From assembly GCA_041662745.1 (NCBI GenBank), contig JBAZRV010000003.1:90001-122000 (forward strand): a DNA stretch of 32,000 nt, given 5' to 3'. The position numbers were made by a program, and so were the translations under genes. Of this stretch, positions 1-8,750 are shown piece after piece; within the stretch, counting starts at the first letter, position 1, and every line of letters starts with the position of its first letter. A model generated the notes under the pieces. That model did not search any database. It worked only from the letters and a program-made list of their open reading frames with translations, and was not told the origin of the DNA. The DNA is from Patescibacteria group bacterium (GTDB taxonomy: Bacteria; Patescibacteriota; Patescibacteriia; 2-01-FULL-39-33).

Positions 1-945
1 ATACCAAGCCAGAACTTTGACCAGATTGCCGTCAACTACGCGAGTGTATTTTAAATCCACAATAGCTGATTCGGTGGTGCCGATAATGTCGGAAGAAACC
101 AGTTCGTCATCGCCATCAGCAATGCCTAAGATATTTTTGTATAACGGATGTGAAGCCATTTTGCGGAAAGCATCGTTAACTTCCTCCGCAGTAACGTTTT
201 TTTTGAGAACGGCGGTGATATCTGATAATGAACCGCAGATAACCGGCACGCGAATGGAGATGCCGTCAAATTTGTCTTTAAGCGTCGGGATAACAAGAAT
301 GGTGGCTTTGGCGGCGCCGGTGGATGATGGCGCCATGTTGGCGGCGCCGGCTCGGCCTCGCCTTAGGTCTTTGGCATCGGGACCGTCAACCAGGCGTTGG
401 CTGGCGGTGTAAGCATGGATCGTAGTCATAATCGATTTGACAACGCCGAATTTTGATTCCAAGATCTGCATAACCGGAGCGATGCAATTGGTGGTGCAGG
501 AGGCGTTGGAGATTATGTTGTCGTGGCCGATTAATTTCTTGGTTAATTCCGTGCCGAATACCAAAGTTGTCACTTCATCCTTGGCCGGCGCAGACAAGAC
601 GACTTTTTTAGCTCCGGCCAGGGCATGCTTTTTTAAATCCTCAGCCTTCTCAAAAACGCCGGTGCATTCTAAAACAACATCAACTTTGTATTTTTTCCAG
701 GGCAGTTTAGCCGGATCTTTTTCGGCAAAGACCGGTATTTTTTTTCCGTCAACAATAATATTCTGTTTGTCATAAGTCACCTTTTTGCCATAACGGCCAT
801 AAACCGTATCGTACTTGAGCATATAAGCCAAGGTGCGGGTATCGGTCAGATCATTGATGGCAACAATCTGCGCCCCTCTTTTTTCCAGGGCGATTTTAAA
901 CGCACAGCGACCGATGCGGCCAAAGCCGTTAATGGCTATTCTCAT
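1..945 (-). CDS. gap: Glyceraldehyde-3-phosphate dehydrogenase, type I (C-terminal end runs off the window start)
   Basis: Absent from the ORF track because no stop lies in the window. The reverse frame is open from ATG at 945 to base 1. Translation MRIAINGFGRIGR...SNASCTTNC...LVKVLAWY carries the NAD-binding glycine loop and the catalytic SNASCTTNC motif. Confidence 0.9.
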   Translation of the reverse strand, partial: MRIAINGFGRIGRCAFKIALEKRGAQIVAINDLTDTRTLAYMLKYDTVYGRYGKKVTYDKQNIIVDGKKIPVFAEKDPAKLPWKKYKVDVVLECTGVFEKAEDLKKHALAGAKKVVLSAPAKDEVTTLVFGTELTKKLIGHDNIISNASCTTNCIAPVMQILESKFGVVKSIMTTIHAYTASQRLVDGPDAKDLRRGRAGAANMAPSSTGAAKATILVIPTLKDKFDGISIRVPVICGSLSDITAVLKKNVTAEEVNDAFRKMASHPLYKNILGIADGDDELVSSDIIGTTESAIVDLKYTRVVDGNLVKVLAWY

Positions 946-976
946 AGATTTGTGTTAGTTAGCTTGATTCGTTGGT

Positions 977-1005
977 ATTATAGCACAAAAATAAAAAATT
1001 AAGAA
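977..1005 (-). promoter_or_regulatory. Candidate extended -10 promoter for gap
   Basis: Minus strand reads TTCTTA, 17 nt, TGcTATAAT. It lies about 30 nt upstream of the gap ATG. Confidence 0.4.
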
Positions 1006-1032
1006 AATAATTGACCGAGGCGGTGATGGCGG

Positions 1033-1072
1033 AAAAAAATTAAAACCGCCAAGTGCATGGAGCGCGAGGCGG
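1033..1072 (-). terminator. Intrinsic terminator after the 70-aa ORF
   Basis: Minus strand has CCGCC...GGCGG stem (1072-1046) followed by TTTTAATTTTTTT. Confidence 0.5.
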
Positions 1073-1093
1073 TGACAAGGTGCGTGTATTCAG

Positions 1094-1306
1094 TTATTTA
1101 TCGGACGGTTTTATTTCTGATTCTAATTTTTGCAGTTCTTGGCGTAATTGTCGTGTTATTCGCCGATCCTTGGCGATTAAATCCTTTAGACGCTGGCGAA
1201 AACTCGCAGTAATCGGTTCATTCAGCAGTTCTTCCCATTGACGATTGGCCAAAGCCAGCTGTGCCAAGGTCTTTTTTATCTGTTTGATGCGGCGTTTGGC
1301 GCACAT
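1094..1306 (-). CDS. Small hypothetical coiled-coil protein (70 aa)
   Basis: ATG start with GGAGG (1312-1316, reverse) 5 nt upstream. Charged, heptad-like sequence. No family recognised. Confidence 0.55.
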   Translation of the reverse strand: MCAKRRIKQIKKTLAQLALANRQWEELLNEPITASFRQRLKDLIAKDRRITRQLRQELQKLESEIKPSDK

Positions 1307-1394
1307 TTTGTCCTCCGTTTGGATTTTAAAATCATTCGCTTTGTCCAGGTTGGCAATATAACAATACGGAAACCGATTAAAATAGCATCTGGCG

Positions 1395-2198
1395 TTAGTC
1401 TTTGATTATCGGAATTTCTACGATTACCGCTTTATCCTGATCGCGTTCTTTGTCTAATTCCACATCAACGCTGCAACGCAAAACATGCCAACCGACGACT
1501 ACGCCGCGGCCATGTTTAGTCTTGACTTTGGTGCCTAAAGCCGGCAATTTGGCTATTAAATCCTGATAGTAGGATTCTTCGTAGGCCAGGCAGCATTTGA
1601 GGCGGCCGCAGATGCCGGATAAACGCTCGGCTCCGCGATGCACGATTTGCTGGTCTTCGGCAAAATCGGAAGACACATTGCCGAGTTTTTTCAGATGTCC
1701 GCGGCAGCATTGCCCCAGTCCGCAAGAACCGACATCGCCTACCAGCTTAGCTTCATCCCTAACGCCGATTTGTTGCAAGCGTATCACGCGATTGAATGTC
1801 CGGCTCAGTTCCTTGACTAATTCGCGGAAATCAATGCGGCCGTCGGCAATAAAAGCAAAAGACAGGCGTTGACCGTCCAAGGAAAAATGCGCGTCAACAA
1901 TCTTCATTTCCAAGCCGTAGCGTTTGACTGCTTCCCGGCAGTCACGGATTACGCCTTCTTTATCTTGCCGGTTTTTTTCCAGCGCTTCCCAGTCGTCGGC
2001 CTTGGCCAGACGTTCAATATTATTGGCGATGGCTTTGGCTTCTTCTTCGTTCGCCTCTCTAAGCTCTGTGATTTTCCCCGCTTCTTCGCCGTATTCGGTG
2101 TTAATAATGGCAAAATCGCCGATAGACAAAGTCAGGCCGCCAGGATTGGCGGCGCTGATTTTTTCCCATTGGTTGATTTCAACTGTGGCGATAATCAT
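1395..2198 (-). CDS. PSP1 C-terminal domain protein (YaaT/RicT-like)
   Basis: 267 aa. Cys-rich core GSCGLGQCCRGHL...GICGRLKCCLAYE is typical of PSP1/YaaT family proteins. Confidence 0.8.
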   Translation of the reverse strand: MIIATVEINQWEKISAANPGGLTLSIGDFAIINTEYGEEAGKITELREANEEEAKAIANNIERLAKADDWEALEKNRQDKEGVIRDCREAVKRYGLEMKIVDAHFSLDGQRLSFAFIADGRIDFRELVKELSRTFNRVIRLQQIGVRDEAKLVGDVGSCGLGQCCRGHLKKLGNVSSDFAEDQQIVHRGAERLSGICGRLKCCLAYEESYYQDLIAKLPALGTKVKTKHGRGVVVGWHVLRCSVDVELDKERDQDKAVIVEIPIIKD

Positions 2199-2216
2199 AT
2201 TTACCGATAACTGGCA

Positions 2217-3005
2217 TTAACAGCTGGGCGCGCTTTCCAAAGCGTACTTGGCCCAGTCGGAGATCTTGGCTTCACCTAAGAGATCTTTAATTTTTTTGCT
2301 ATCATCCTTAATGAAAATTTGATTAAGCAGGCAATTTTCTTCGTAAAATTTATTCAGTTTGCCTTCAATAATTTTGTTCCAGATTTGTTCCGGTTTGCCT
2401 TCGCCTTTCAGCTGTTCGCGATAAATTTCTTTTTCTTTTTCTATTACGGCGGCATCAACGGCAGACGGCTCTAACCAGCGCGGGCTCATAGCCGCAATCT
2501 GCATGGCGATATCATTAGCCAGAGTCTCGTTGCCGCCGGTTAAAACGCAGATGCCGGCGACTTTGCGATTGGCATGGATATAGCGTCCCACGATTTCGCC
2601 TTCATAAACGCCAAAGCCGGACAATTGCATATTCTCCCCTACTTTCATCACCAGCTCTTTAAGTCGGCCTTCCGCCCAAGCTCTGAATTCTTCCGGCTGG
2701 GAAACCAAAAGCTTTTCCGCAAAAGTTTGAACGGTATTGCGGAAATCTTCGGTGCGGGAGACAAAATCTGTTTCGCAAGCCAAAGCCACGATAGCGGCCT
2801 TTTTACTGTCGCCGGAAACGGCGATAACGCCTTCTTTGACGGCGCGGTCGGCTTTTTTAGCGGCTTTAATCTCGCCTTTTTTGCGCATGATTTCTACCGC
2901 TTGTTCCAGATTGCCGCCCGCTTCTTCCAAGGCGGTTTTGCAATCATTCAAGCCGGCGCCGGTTCTTTCGCGAAGTTGGGAAATGAGCTTAACGTCGATG
3001 GACAT
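2217..3005 (-). CDS. tsf: Translation elongation factor Ts
   Basis: N-terminal UBA-like LRERTGAGLNDCKTALEE motif. Located directly downstream of rpsB, the conserved rpsB-tsf order. Confidence 0.92.
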   Translation of the reverse strand: MSIDVKLISQLRERTGAGLNDCKTALEEAGGNLEQAVEIMRKKGEIKAAKKADRAVKEGVIAVSGDSKKAAIVALACETDFVSRTEDFRNTVQTFAEKLLVSQPEEFRAWAEGRLKELVMKVGENMQLSGFGVYEGEIVGRYIHANRKVAGICVLTGGNETLANDIAMQIAAMSPRWLEPSAVDAAVIEKEKEIYREQLKGEGKPEQIWNKIIEGKLNKFYEENCLLNQIFIKDDSKKIKDLLGEAKISDWAKYALESAPSC

Positions 3006-3093
3006 ATGGTAAAGAGTTAAAAGGTTTATAAAGTCAAAGCCATGAAATTAATAACGATTTTGTTTATAATTTTTATGGACTTTAAATTTTCGG

Positions 3094-3795
3094 TTAGGCC
3101 GTTTCTTTTTTTTGTTTTACCTTGCCGAAATTAATAGCTTCGGCGATAACGCGGGTGATTAAATCAACCGAGTTGATGGCGTCGTCATTGGCCGGAATCG
3201 GATAAGTGAATAAATCAGGATTGATATTGGTATCGCACGGTCCGATAATCGGAATTTTTCTTTTTTTGGCTTCCAAAACCGCGGTTTTTTCGCGTTTGGC
3301 ATCAAGGATGAAAACGGCATCAGGCAAACGGCTCAGGTTTTCCAATCCGCCGACCATCTTGTCTAAGCGTTCAATTTCTTTGCTGATCATCACCTGTTCT
3401 TTCTTGGTGTATTTTGCCAGGGCGCCGGAATCGCGTTGTTCCTTCAGCGAACGGTATTTTTTTATCAGTTTGCCGACATTGACAAAATTAGTGAATAATC
3501 CGCCAACCCAGCGTTCCTTAATATAGGGCATGCCGGCTTGCTTGGCATATTTTTCAATTAACGGCTTGGCTTGGCTTTTGGTGCCGACAAAAAGAATGTT
3601 ACCGCCGTTTTCGCCGATTTTTTCGGCAAACTCGGCCGCCTCTTTCAGTTTGGCTAATGTTTGTTCCAGATCAATAATGTGGACCCCGTTGCGTTCGGCA
3701 AAAATGAACGGTTTCATTTTGGGGTGCCAGCGGCCTTTTTGATGGCCGAAGTGGACTCCTGCCTGGAGGAGCTCCATTAATGTTGGTAAATTCAT
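3094..3795 (-). CDS. rpsB: 30S ribosomal protein S2
   Basis: LLQAGVHFGHQKGRWHPKMKPFIF...GVHIIDL is the canonical S2 N-terminus. 233 aa. Confidence 0.95.
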   Translation of the reverse strand: MNLPTLMELLQAGVHFGHQKGRWHPKMKPFIFAERNGVHIIDLEQTLAKLKEAAEFAEKIGENGGNILFVGTKSQAKPLIEKYAKQAGMPYIKERWVGGLFTNFVNVGKLIKKYRSLKEQRDSGALAKYTKKEQVMISKEIERLDKMVGGLENLSRLPDAVFILDAKREKTAVLEAKKRKIPIIGPCDTNINPDLFTYPIPANDDAINSVDLITRVIAEAINFGKVKQKKETA

Positions 3796-3822
3796 AATTT
3801 TCCTTTCTTTCTTGGCAGTCCC

Positions 3823-3836
3823 TAATCCGCGGATTA
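3823..3836 (-). promoter_or_regulatory. 14-nt perfect palindrome in the rpsB 5' leader
   Basis: TAATCCGCGGATTA overlaps an alternative GCGG-TTAAT-CCGC hairpin, about 30 nt upstream of the rpsB ATG. Confidence 0.3.
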
Positions 3837-3921
3837 ACCGCAGATTGGCCCGATTTTAGTTAATTAAAGCTACGGGCAAGGATTAATTCAGGGCTGCTGT
3901 TTATTAATAAAATGTATTAAA

Positions 3922-3950
3922 AGATTATCATAAATCAACGGATAAGTCAA
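3922..3950 (-). promoter_or_regulatory. Candidate promoter of rpsB-tsf
   Basis: Minus strand reads TTGACT (3950-3945), 17 nt, TGaTAATCT (-10 at 3927-3922). Confidence 0.45.
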
Positions 3951-3960
3951 ATCCCTAATT

Positions 3961-3993
3961 AAAATATAAAAGCCACTCCTGGGGAGAAGTGGC
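3961..3993 (-). terminator. Intrinsic terminator after paralog 1
   Basis: Minus strand has an 8-bp stem in GCCACTTCTCCCCAGGAGTGGC followed by TTTTATATTTT. Confidence 0.6.
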
Positions 3994-4018
3994 GATAAAT
4001 GAGCGATTTTGGCCTTGG

Positions 4019-5335
4019 TCAGCTGTTGGGCCAGTACTTGCCGACTGGCCATTCGGCGATAGAAACATTGTCAATCATGACGCCGGCTTCGCTTAAACGC
4101 AATTGCGTGTTTGCGGAGATGACGTCAATAATGTGTTTCTTATGTTGCGCCAGTTCTTCCGACATGCCGGCCAGGATGCTGCCAGCGCTTGCTATTCCCG
4201 GATTGGCGAAAATAGAACAGGTTGTTTCCGTCGGCAAGCATTCGGTTAGCGCCACTATCGTCTCTCTTCTGACAACATCAGTGAGATATTCCTCAAGCCC
4301 TTCCTGTTGATGAAAGGTTTGAAGGTTTTTCAGATAGCTTTCATTGCTGAGCAGAGTGTAGCCAACAGCCAATCTCAACTCATTCCCGTCAAGTGACGCT
4401 TCAACCGCTAAACCGTCTTTGGCGGCGGCGATGCCCCGAGTGTACTTTTTGGCGAATAAATTTACAAAGCGATGATCATAGGCCAGCAGCGTATCCTTAT
4501 CATCAATGGCAAAACGTTTGTAAAATTCTCCGTCGGATCGGTTAATAAGGATAATTGAACTGTTTTTGCTTAATAAATATGACGGAGTTTTAAAAGTAAA
4601 CAAAGTTGACACGACAAGGGCTGTGATAAAGAATGCCATGATTACTGGTTTATCGTGTTTGTAAGTTGAGGTATCATGCACTATCGTAGCCGCTATTATC
4701 GCCGGTACCATAACGCAGGTAAATATGAACATTACCGCAATAACCGCGTTCGGCAAGAAAATTACCGACAAGTAATACAGATAGACTGTCATGGCGACGG
4801 CGGCAATGATTATGCTGCAAGGTATCATAAATACCGTAACGATATCTGTCAGATCATCGCCGTGTTCGCAGAACCAATTTTTTGTCCCCTTGGCTATTCG
4901 GACAAAACCGCAGAACAACCAGCCCAGGATTAGACTGACCGGACTGATGATCTTCTTTAATGTTTGTATCTTTTTGTTGGGCGGTTTTAGCAGGATCCTG
5001 GCCTGCGACAAACTGACGATCCTGTTGGATATCAGTGAGATGATCAGTTTTTTATATTGCGAGTTTAAGGTCGGCAGGAATTCCGGTTGCCAGTCCATTC
5101 CCGTGGCTAAGCGGAATAATGTGAGACCCAGCTGATGGAAGGCTTCGCGTACGTCCTTGACCGGAGTTGTCGAGCCGTAATCGACTTTATTATTATCATC
5201 AATAAAAATATTTCCCGCTTCATACTTCACCAATTCCCCTTTTTCTTTCAGACGCGCTTCCAGATCCTCCAGCAGTTCCGAGGCGATGGCATATAACAGA
5301 CCATCTCCTAATTTGATTTCGTAGCGTTTTTTCAT
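4019..5335 (-). CDS. Hypothetical membrane protein, paralog 1 (kinase C-lobe-like N-terminus, about 4 TM, SPFH/band-7-like C-terminal domain)
   Basis: The ORF track extends to a TTG at 5392. I prefer ATG 5335, preceded by AAGGAG (5345-5350, reverse). It is paralogous to 5513-7060: IFIDDNNKV...REAFHQLGLTLFRLATG vs VFINDSRKV...REALYYLGVTLYHVATG, and VNLFAKKYTRGI vs VNLFTKSYAPGI. Confidence 0.75.
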   Translation of the reverse strand: MKKRYEIKLGDGLLYAIASELLEDLEARLKEKGELVKYEAGNIFIDDNNKVDYGSTTPVKDVREAFHQLGLTLFRLATGMDWQPEFLPTLNSQYKKLIISLISNRIVSLSQARILLKPPNKKIQTLKKIISPVSLILGWLFCGFVRIAKGTKNWFCEHGDDLTDIVTVFMIPCSIIIAAVAMTVYLYYLSVIFLPNAVIAVMFIFTCVMVPAIIAATIVHDTSTYKHDKPVIMAFFITALVVSTLFTFKTPSYLLSKNSSIILINRSDGEFYKRFAIDDKDTLLAYDHRFVNLFAKKYTRGIAAAKDGLAVEASLDGNELRLAVGYTLLSNESYLKNLQTFHQQEGLEEYLTDVVRRETIVALTECLPTETTCSIFANPGIASAGSILAGMSEELAQHKKHIIDVISANTQLRLSEAGVMIDNVSIAEWPVGKYWPNS

Positions 5336-5429
5336 GGTCACGTTCTCCTTTATGGTTGCGGTAACTGTTGTTTTGGTTAATTTTAAGGCCAAAATTGTAA
5401 GGTGCTTGTTATCTGCATAACAATATGGC

Positions 5430-5458
5430 AGATTAGCATTATGTTATGAAAATGTCAA
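5430..5458 (-). promoter_or_regulatory. Candidate promoter of paralog 1
   Basis: Minus strand reads TTGACA (5458-5453), 17 nt, TGcTAATCT (-10 at 5435-5430). Nearly the same architecture as 7154-7182. Confidence 0.5.
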
Positions 5459-5465
5459 ATAATCA

Positions 5466-5499
5466 ATAAATGAAAAGCCACCTCCTCATGGGAAGTGGC
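5466..5499 (-). terminator. Intrinsic terminator after paralog 2
   Basis: Minus strand has the GCCACTTCCCATGAGGAGGTGGC stem followed by TTTTCATTTATT. Sequence resembles the terminator at 3961-3993. Confidence 0.6.
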
Positions 5500-5512
5500 A
5501 AAAATGAACTAG

Positions 5513-7060
5513 TTATTCAGTTTCCTGTTCGGCCGTTACTTTGGCCGGCGGATTGGCCGGCTGGGATGGCGTTTGCTTTTCAGCCGTTTCTCCCGGCTTT
5601 TTCGGCTCTTTGACTTCAATGTAGTTATACTGATTCTTGAATTGTTGGCGCAATTGGCCTTGAATATTGTCCATGATTTGCCGGCGTTGTTTATCAATGA
5701 CGGCCTGCTGACGCGACAACAGTTCGTTTCTGACTAGGCGGACGGTAAGCTCGCGCAGGACCTGATAATCATTTTTTGACAGCGTGCCGTCCGCGCCCTT
5801 AGCTTCAACGGTTATTTCTTTAAGCTCCTGCTCAATTGCCAGGCGGGACTTAATGGGGACAACGCTTTCAGCTAGAGCTTTTTGAACCGCGACTTGACCG
5901 GCGTTAATCAGCTCTTGTTCTAGATCGGCTTGCGTTTGCTTATTCTCCGTCATCCGTTTCCAGTCGCTTTCAAATGTCGCCTGGTCGGTGATGGCATACT
6001 TGATCCAGAAGCAGAACTTTTCTCCGTTTTTATCCTTATCCAGCGGCGCTTCCACCGGGATGCCTTCATGCTGAATGAGTATGCCCGGCGCATAGCTTTT
6101 GGTGAATAAATTGACATACGCAGCTTCGTAATGCGGGATGTAATGTTTATCTTCGCCGTCGGCGATTCGGCCGATCAGGTTTCCGCTGGAGCGATCAATT
6201 ACTACTAAGGGAGGACAAAAGCCAGTCGTTGGAGTCTCAAAGATTTCATAAATTGAAAGCGAGGCAATCAGGATTAAAAAGGCAATCCAGCCCCTGAAGA
6301 TGCAATCATCCTCCCGCAGATCGGTGAGCATGGCTGATATCACAGTTATTATGACCCCTAAAAAGAAGGAGAAAAATACAATTAGAAAACCGCAAATTAC
6401 AGCCATAGCGATACTAAAATAAATAGCATTAACAGAAGCCAGGCAAATGAACGAAGCGCCGGCGATGATAATCAGCATTACGTGGGCGATAAGCGAAAAT
6501 TTACGTTTTATAAACCTCAGCAGTTTCAACAGTTTGGCCGCTGTTTTTTTTGTTTGCGGATAAATATTGCCAGCTTGAGCTCCCAGCCGTTTAAAAGCTG
6601 AGACCGCTCCCTGGCCGATCAGCGTAATCAGCCAGCAGAGCGGGTTTAACAGCAATTTGGTTTTACGTGCCAGCTTTTTGATTCGGCTGGGTCGGATCAG
6701 GAGTTCTTCCACTTGCTTGAAGTTGACCGCTTGGCCGGATAGCAATAATTCCACTAACGGCCAGAGGTCAGAGTCAAACGGTTCATAGCCGGCATCGGCG
6801 GCGCGCAGGGCTGAATCGTTTATTTCCGATTTGCCCGTGGCCACATGATACAAGGTAACGCCTAAATAATAGAGCGCTTCGCGAATATTTTTGATCTGCG
6901 AAGTCGGCAGGGTGTCGCAGACAACCTTTCGGCTGTCATTGATGAATACCGTATCCGGGTCAAAACGCAATACGACGTCGTTGTTTGCCGCTTCGCGCAA
7001 CCTGTTAGTCAGGGTTTGGGCGATAAGAAAAAGATCTTCTTCCCGTTGCCAGGTTCTCAT
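5513..7060 (-). CDS. Hypothetical membrane protein, paralog 2 (kinase C-lobe-like N-terminus, about 4 TM, SPFH-like domain, long coiled coil, Pro/Glu-rich tail)
   Basis: 515 aa. ATG 7060 with AAGGAG (7066-7071, reverse) 5 nt upstream. Hydrophobic core at roughly residues 140-280. The C-terminal region is rich in Q/E/K heptads. Confidence 0.8.
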   Translation of the reverse strand: MRTWQREEDLFLIAQTLTNRLREAANNDVVLRFDPDTVFINDSRKVVCDTLPTSQIKNIREALYYLGVTLYHVATGKSEINDSALRAADAGYEPFDSDLWPLVELLLSGQAVNFKQVEELLIRPSRIKKLARKTKLLLNPLCWLITLIGQGAVSAFKRLGAQAGNIYPQTKKTAAKLLKLLRFIKRKFSLIAHVMLIIIAGASFICLASVNAIYFSIAMAVICGFLIVFFSFFLGVIITVISAMLTDLREDDCIFRGWIAFLILIASLSIYEIFETPTTGFCPPLVVIDRSSGNLIGRIADGEDKHYIPHYEAAYVNLFTKSYAPGILIQHEGIPVEAPLDKDKNGEKFCFWIKYAITDQATFESDWKRMTENKQTQADLEQELINAGQVAVQKALAESVVPIKSRLAIEQELKEITVEAKGADGTLSKNDYQVLRELTVRLVRNELLSRQQAVIDKQRRQIMDNIQGQLRQQFKNQYNYIEVKEPKKPGETAEKQTPSQPANPPAKVTAEQETE

Positions 7061-7153
7061 GGTTTCTCCTTTGGCTTTTTGGCCGGTTGGCTGTCTGTAA
7101 ACTTAATGTTTTTTAAATTTTAATGTGCTTGTCCGGTTATTCCAGAATATGAA

Positions 7154-7182
7154 ATCTTAGCATATTTTAGATAAAATGTCAA
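7154..7182 (-). promoter_or_regulatory. Candidate promoter of paralog 2
   Basis: Minus strand reads TTGACA (7182-7177), 17 nt, TGcTAAGAT (-10 at 7159-7154). Back-to-back with the rpmE promoter. Confidence 0.5.
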
Positions 7183-7186
7183 TATG

Positions 7187-7215
7187 TTGACATTTTGGCT
7201 AAAATCGGATATAAT
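7187..7215 (+). promoter_or_regulatory. Candidate promoter of rpmE
   Basis: TTGACA (7187-7192), 17 nt, TATAAT (7210-7215). Both hexamers match consensus. Confidence 0.6.
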
Positions 7216-7248
7216 TAGGCATATTATCAATTAACGTATTAAGCGTTT

Positions 7249-7551
7249 ATGAAAAAAGAAGTCCATCCTCAGTATTTTCCCCAAGCCAAGGTGATCTGCG
7301 CCTGCGGCAATGTTTTTAATGTCGGATCAACCCGAGAGGAAATCCAAGTTGAAATCTGTTCCGCTTGCCATCCGTTTTATACCGGCAAACAAAAATTACT
7401 GGATACGGCCCGTCGCGTTGATAAATTCGTTAAACGTTCCGAGGCTAAATCCGTTAAGATTGGCGGTAAAAAAGTCAAAAAAGAAAAACAGAAAGCTATC
7501 AAGGCCGCCAAGAAAGCCGAGCAAGAGGGAGTGAAAATCGTCAAAAAATAA
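7249..7551 (+). CDS. rpmE: 50S ribosomal protein L31 (Zn-ribbon type) with Lys-rich C-terminal extension
   Basis: MKKEVHPQY...CACGN...[13 protein letters not shown] is the L31 signature. About 35 extra K-rich residues follow. Confidence 0.9.
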   Translation: MKKEVHPQYFPQAKVICACGNVFNVGSTREEIQVEICSACHPFYTGKQKLLDTARRVDKFVKRSEAKSVKIGGKKVKKEKQKAIKAAKKAEQEGVKIVKK

Positions 7552-7563
7552 CTGCGATATAAA

Positions 7564-7603
7564 AAAGAATCCGGACATCTTAAGCGGTGGCGGATTCTTT
7601 TTA
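7564..7603 (+). terminator. Intrinsic terminator after rpmE
   Basis: AAGAATCCG (7564-7572) pairs with CGGATTCTT (7590-7598), followed by TTTTATTT. Confidence 0.6.
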
Positions 7604-7627
7604 TTTAAGGTATAATGGAAGAAAGTT

Positions 7628-8698
7628 ATGCAGGATAAATTGCAACAATTGCAAATCAGGTTTGAAGAGTTAGAGCGTCTGCTACAGCAAGACGCCGTGA
7701 TTAATGATCCCGCAAAAATCAAGGAGGTATCGCAGGAATATGATGACCTGAAAGAAATCATCGCCGCTAAGAAGCGGCTGGATAAGGTTAGTACGGAGTT
7801 GGTTGAAGTAGAGAAAATGCTTTCGGACAATAAAGACGATCAAGAGTTATATAAGATATCCTTGGAAGAAAAAACCGCTTTGATGCGTCAGAAAGAAGAA
7901 ACGGAAAAATTAATCAAGTCATTGTTGATCCCTAAGGATCCGGCTGATAAGAAGAATGTTATCGTGGAAATTCGCGCCGGCGCCGGCGGCGATGAAGCGG
8001 CATTGTTTGCGGCTGAGTTGTTCCGCTTGTACAATCGTTATGCGGAGAAGCATAATTGGAAAATTAAATTGATTTCCGACAGTCGCATCGGCATCGGCGG
8101 GTTCAAAGAAGCTATTTTTGAAGTTGTCGGCAATGGCGTTTACGGCCGGTTGAAATTTGAGAGCGGCGTGCACCGTGTCCAGCGCGTACCGGAAACCGAG
8201 AAAAAGGGCCGTGTTCATACCTCCACCGTTACCGTCGTTGTTTTGCCGGAAGTGGAAGAAGTGGATATGAGGATTGAACCGAAAGACATTCGCATTGATA
8301 CTTTTTGCGCCGGCGGCCATGGCGGACAGTCGGTTAATACCACTTATTCGGCCGTGCGCATCACCCACTTGCCTACTGGTTTGGCTGTTTCCTGCCAGGA
8401 TGAGCGCAGTCAATTGCAGAATCGCGAAAAGGCCATGTTGGTATTGCGTTCCCGCTTATATGACCTGAAACGCCAAGAAGAAGAAACCAAGCTCTCTGCC
8501 ACCCGCAAGTCGCAAATCGGCACGGGCGATCGGAGTGAGAAAATTCGCACTTATAATTTCCCCCAGGACCGTATCACCGACCATCGCATTAATGAGAACT
8601 TTTCCAATATTCCCGGAGTTATGGGCGGCGATTTGGACAGAATCTTGGATCAATTGAAGGAATTTTATGACGCTCAGGCCATCAGCGGCCAAGAGTAA
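7628..8698 (+). CDS. prfA: Peptide chain release factor 1
   Basis: GGQ motif ([12 protein letters not shown]) and a PxT-type tripeptide ([13 protein letters not shown]). 356 aa. Confidence 0.95.
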   Translation: MQDKLQQLQIRFEELERLLQQDAVINDPAKIKEVSQEYDDLKEIIAAKKRLDKVSTELVEVEKMLSDNKDDQELYKISLEEKTALMRQKEETEKLIKSLLIPKDPADKKNVIVEIRAGAGGDEAALFAAELFRLYNRYAEKHNWKIKLISDSRIGIGGFKEAIFEVVGNGVYGRLKFESGVHRVQRVPETEKKGRVHTSTVTVVVLPEVEEVDMRIEPKDIRIDTFCAGGHGGQSVNTTYSAVRITHLPTGLAVSCQDERSQLQNREKAMLVLRSRLYDLKRQEEETKLSATRKSQIGTGDRSEKIRTYNFPQDRITDHRINENFSNIPGVMGGDLDRILDQLKEFYDAQAISGQE

Positions 8699-8708
8699 TC
8701 GCCGATAG

Positions 8709-8740
8709 AAAAAAGCGTTCCCGTTTGGGAGCGCTTTGTT
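8709..8740. terminator. Bidirectional terminator between convergent prfA and the 199-aa ORF
   Basis: Stem AGCGTTCCC (8714-8722) with GGGAGCGCT (8727-8735). An A-run lies upstream and a T-rich run downstream. Confidence 0.55.
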
Positions 8741-8750
8741 AGTAAGGTGC

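Noticed and set aside
17-775. Plus-strand ORFs 17-412 and 437-775 (131 and 112 aa)
   Set aside because: They are antisense shadows of the minus-strand GAPDH gene, whose translation carries unmistakable family motifs. The plus-strand products are low-complexity with no RBS.
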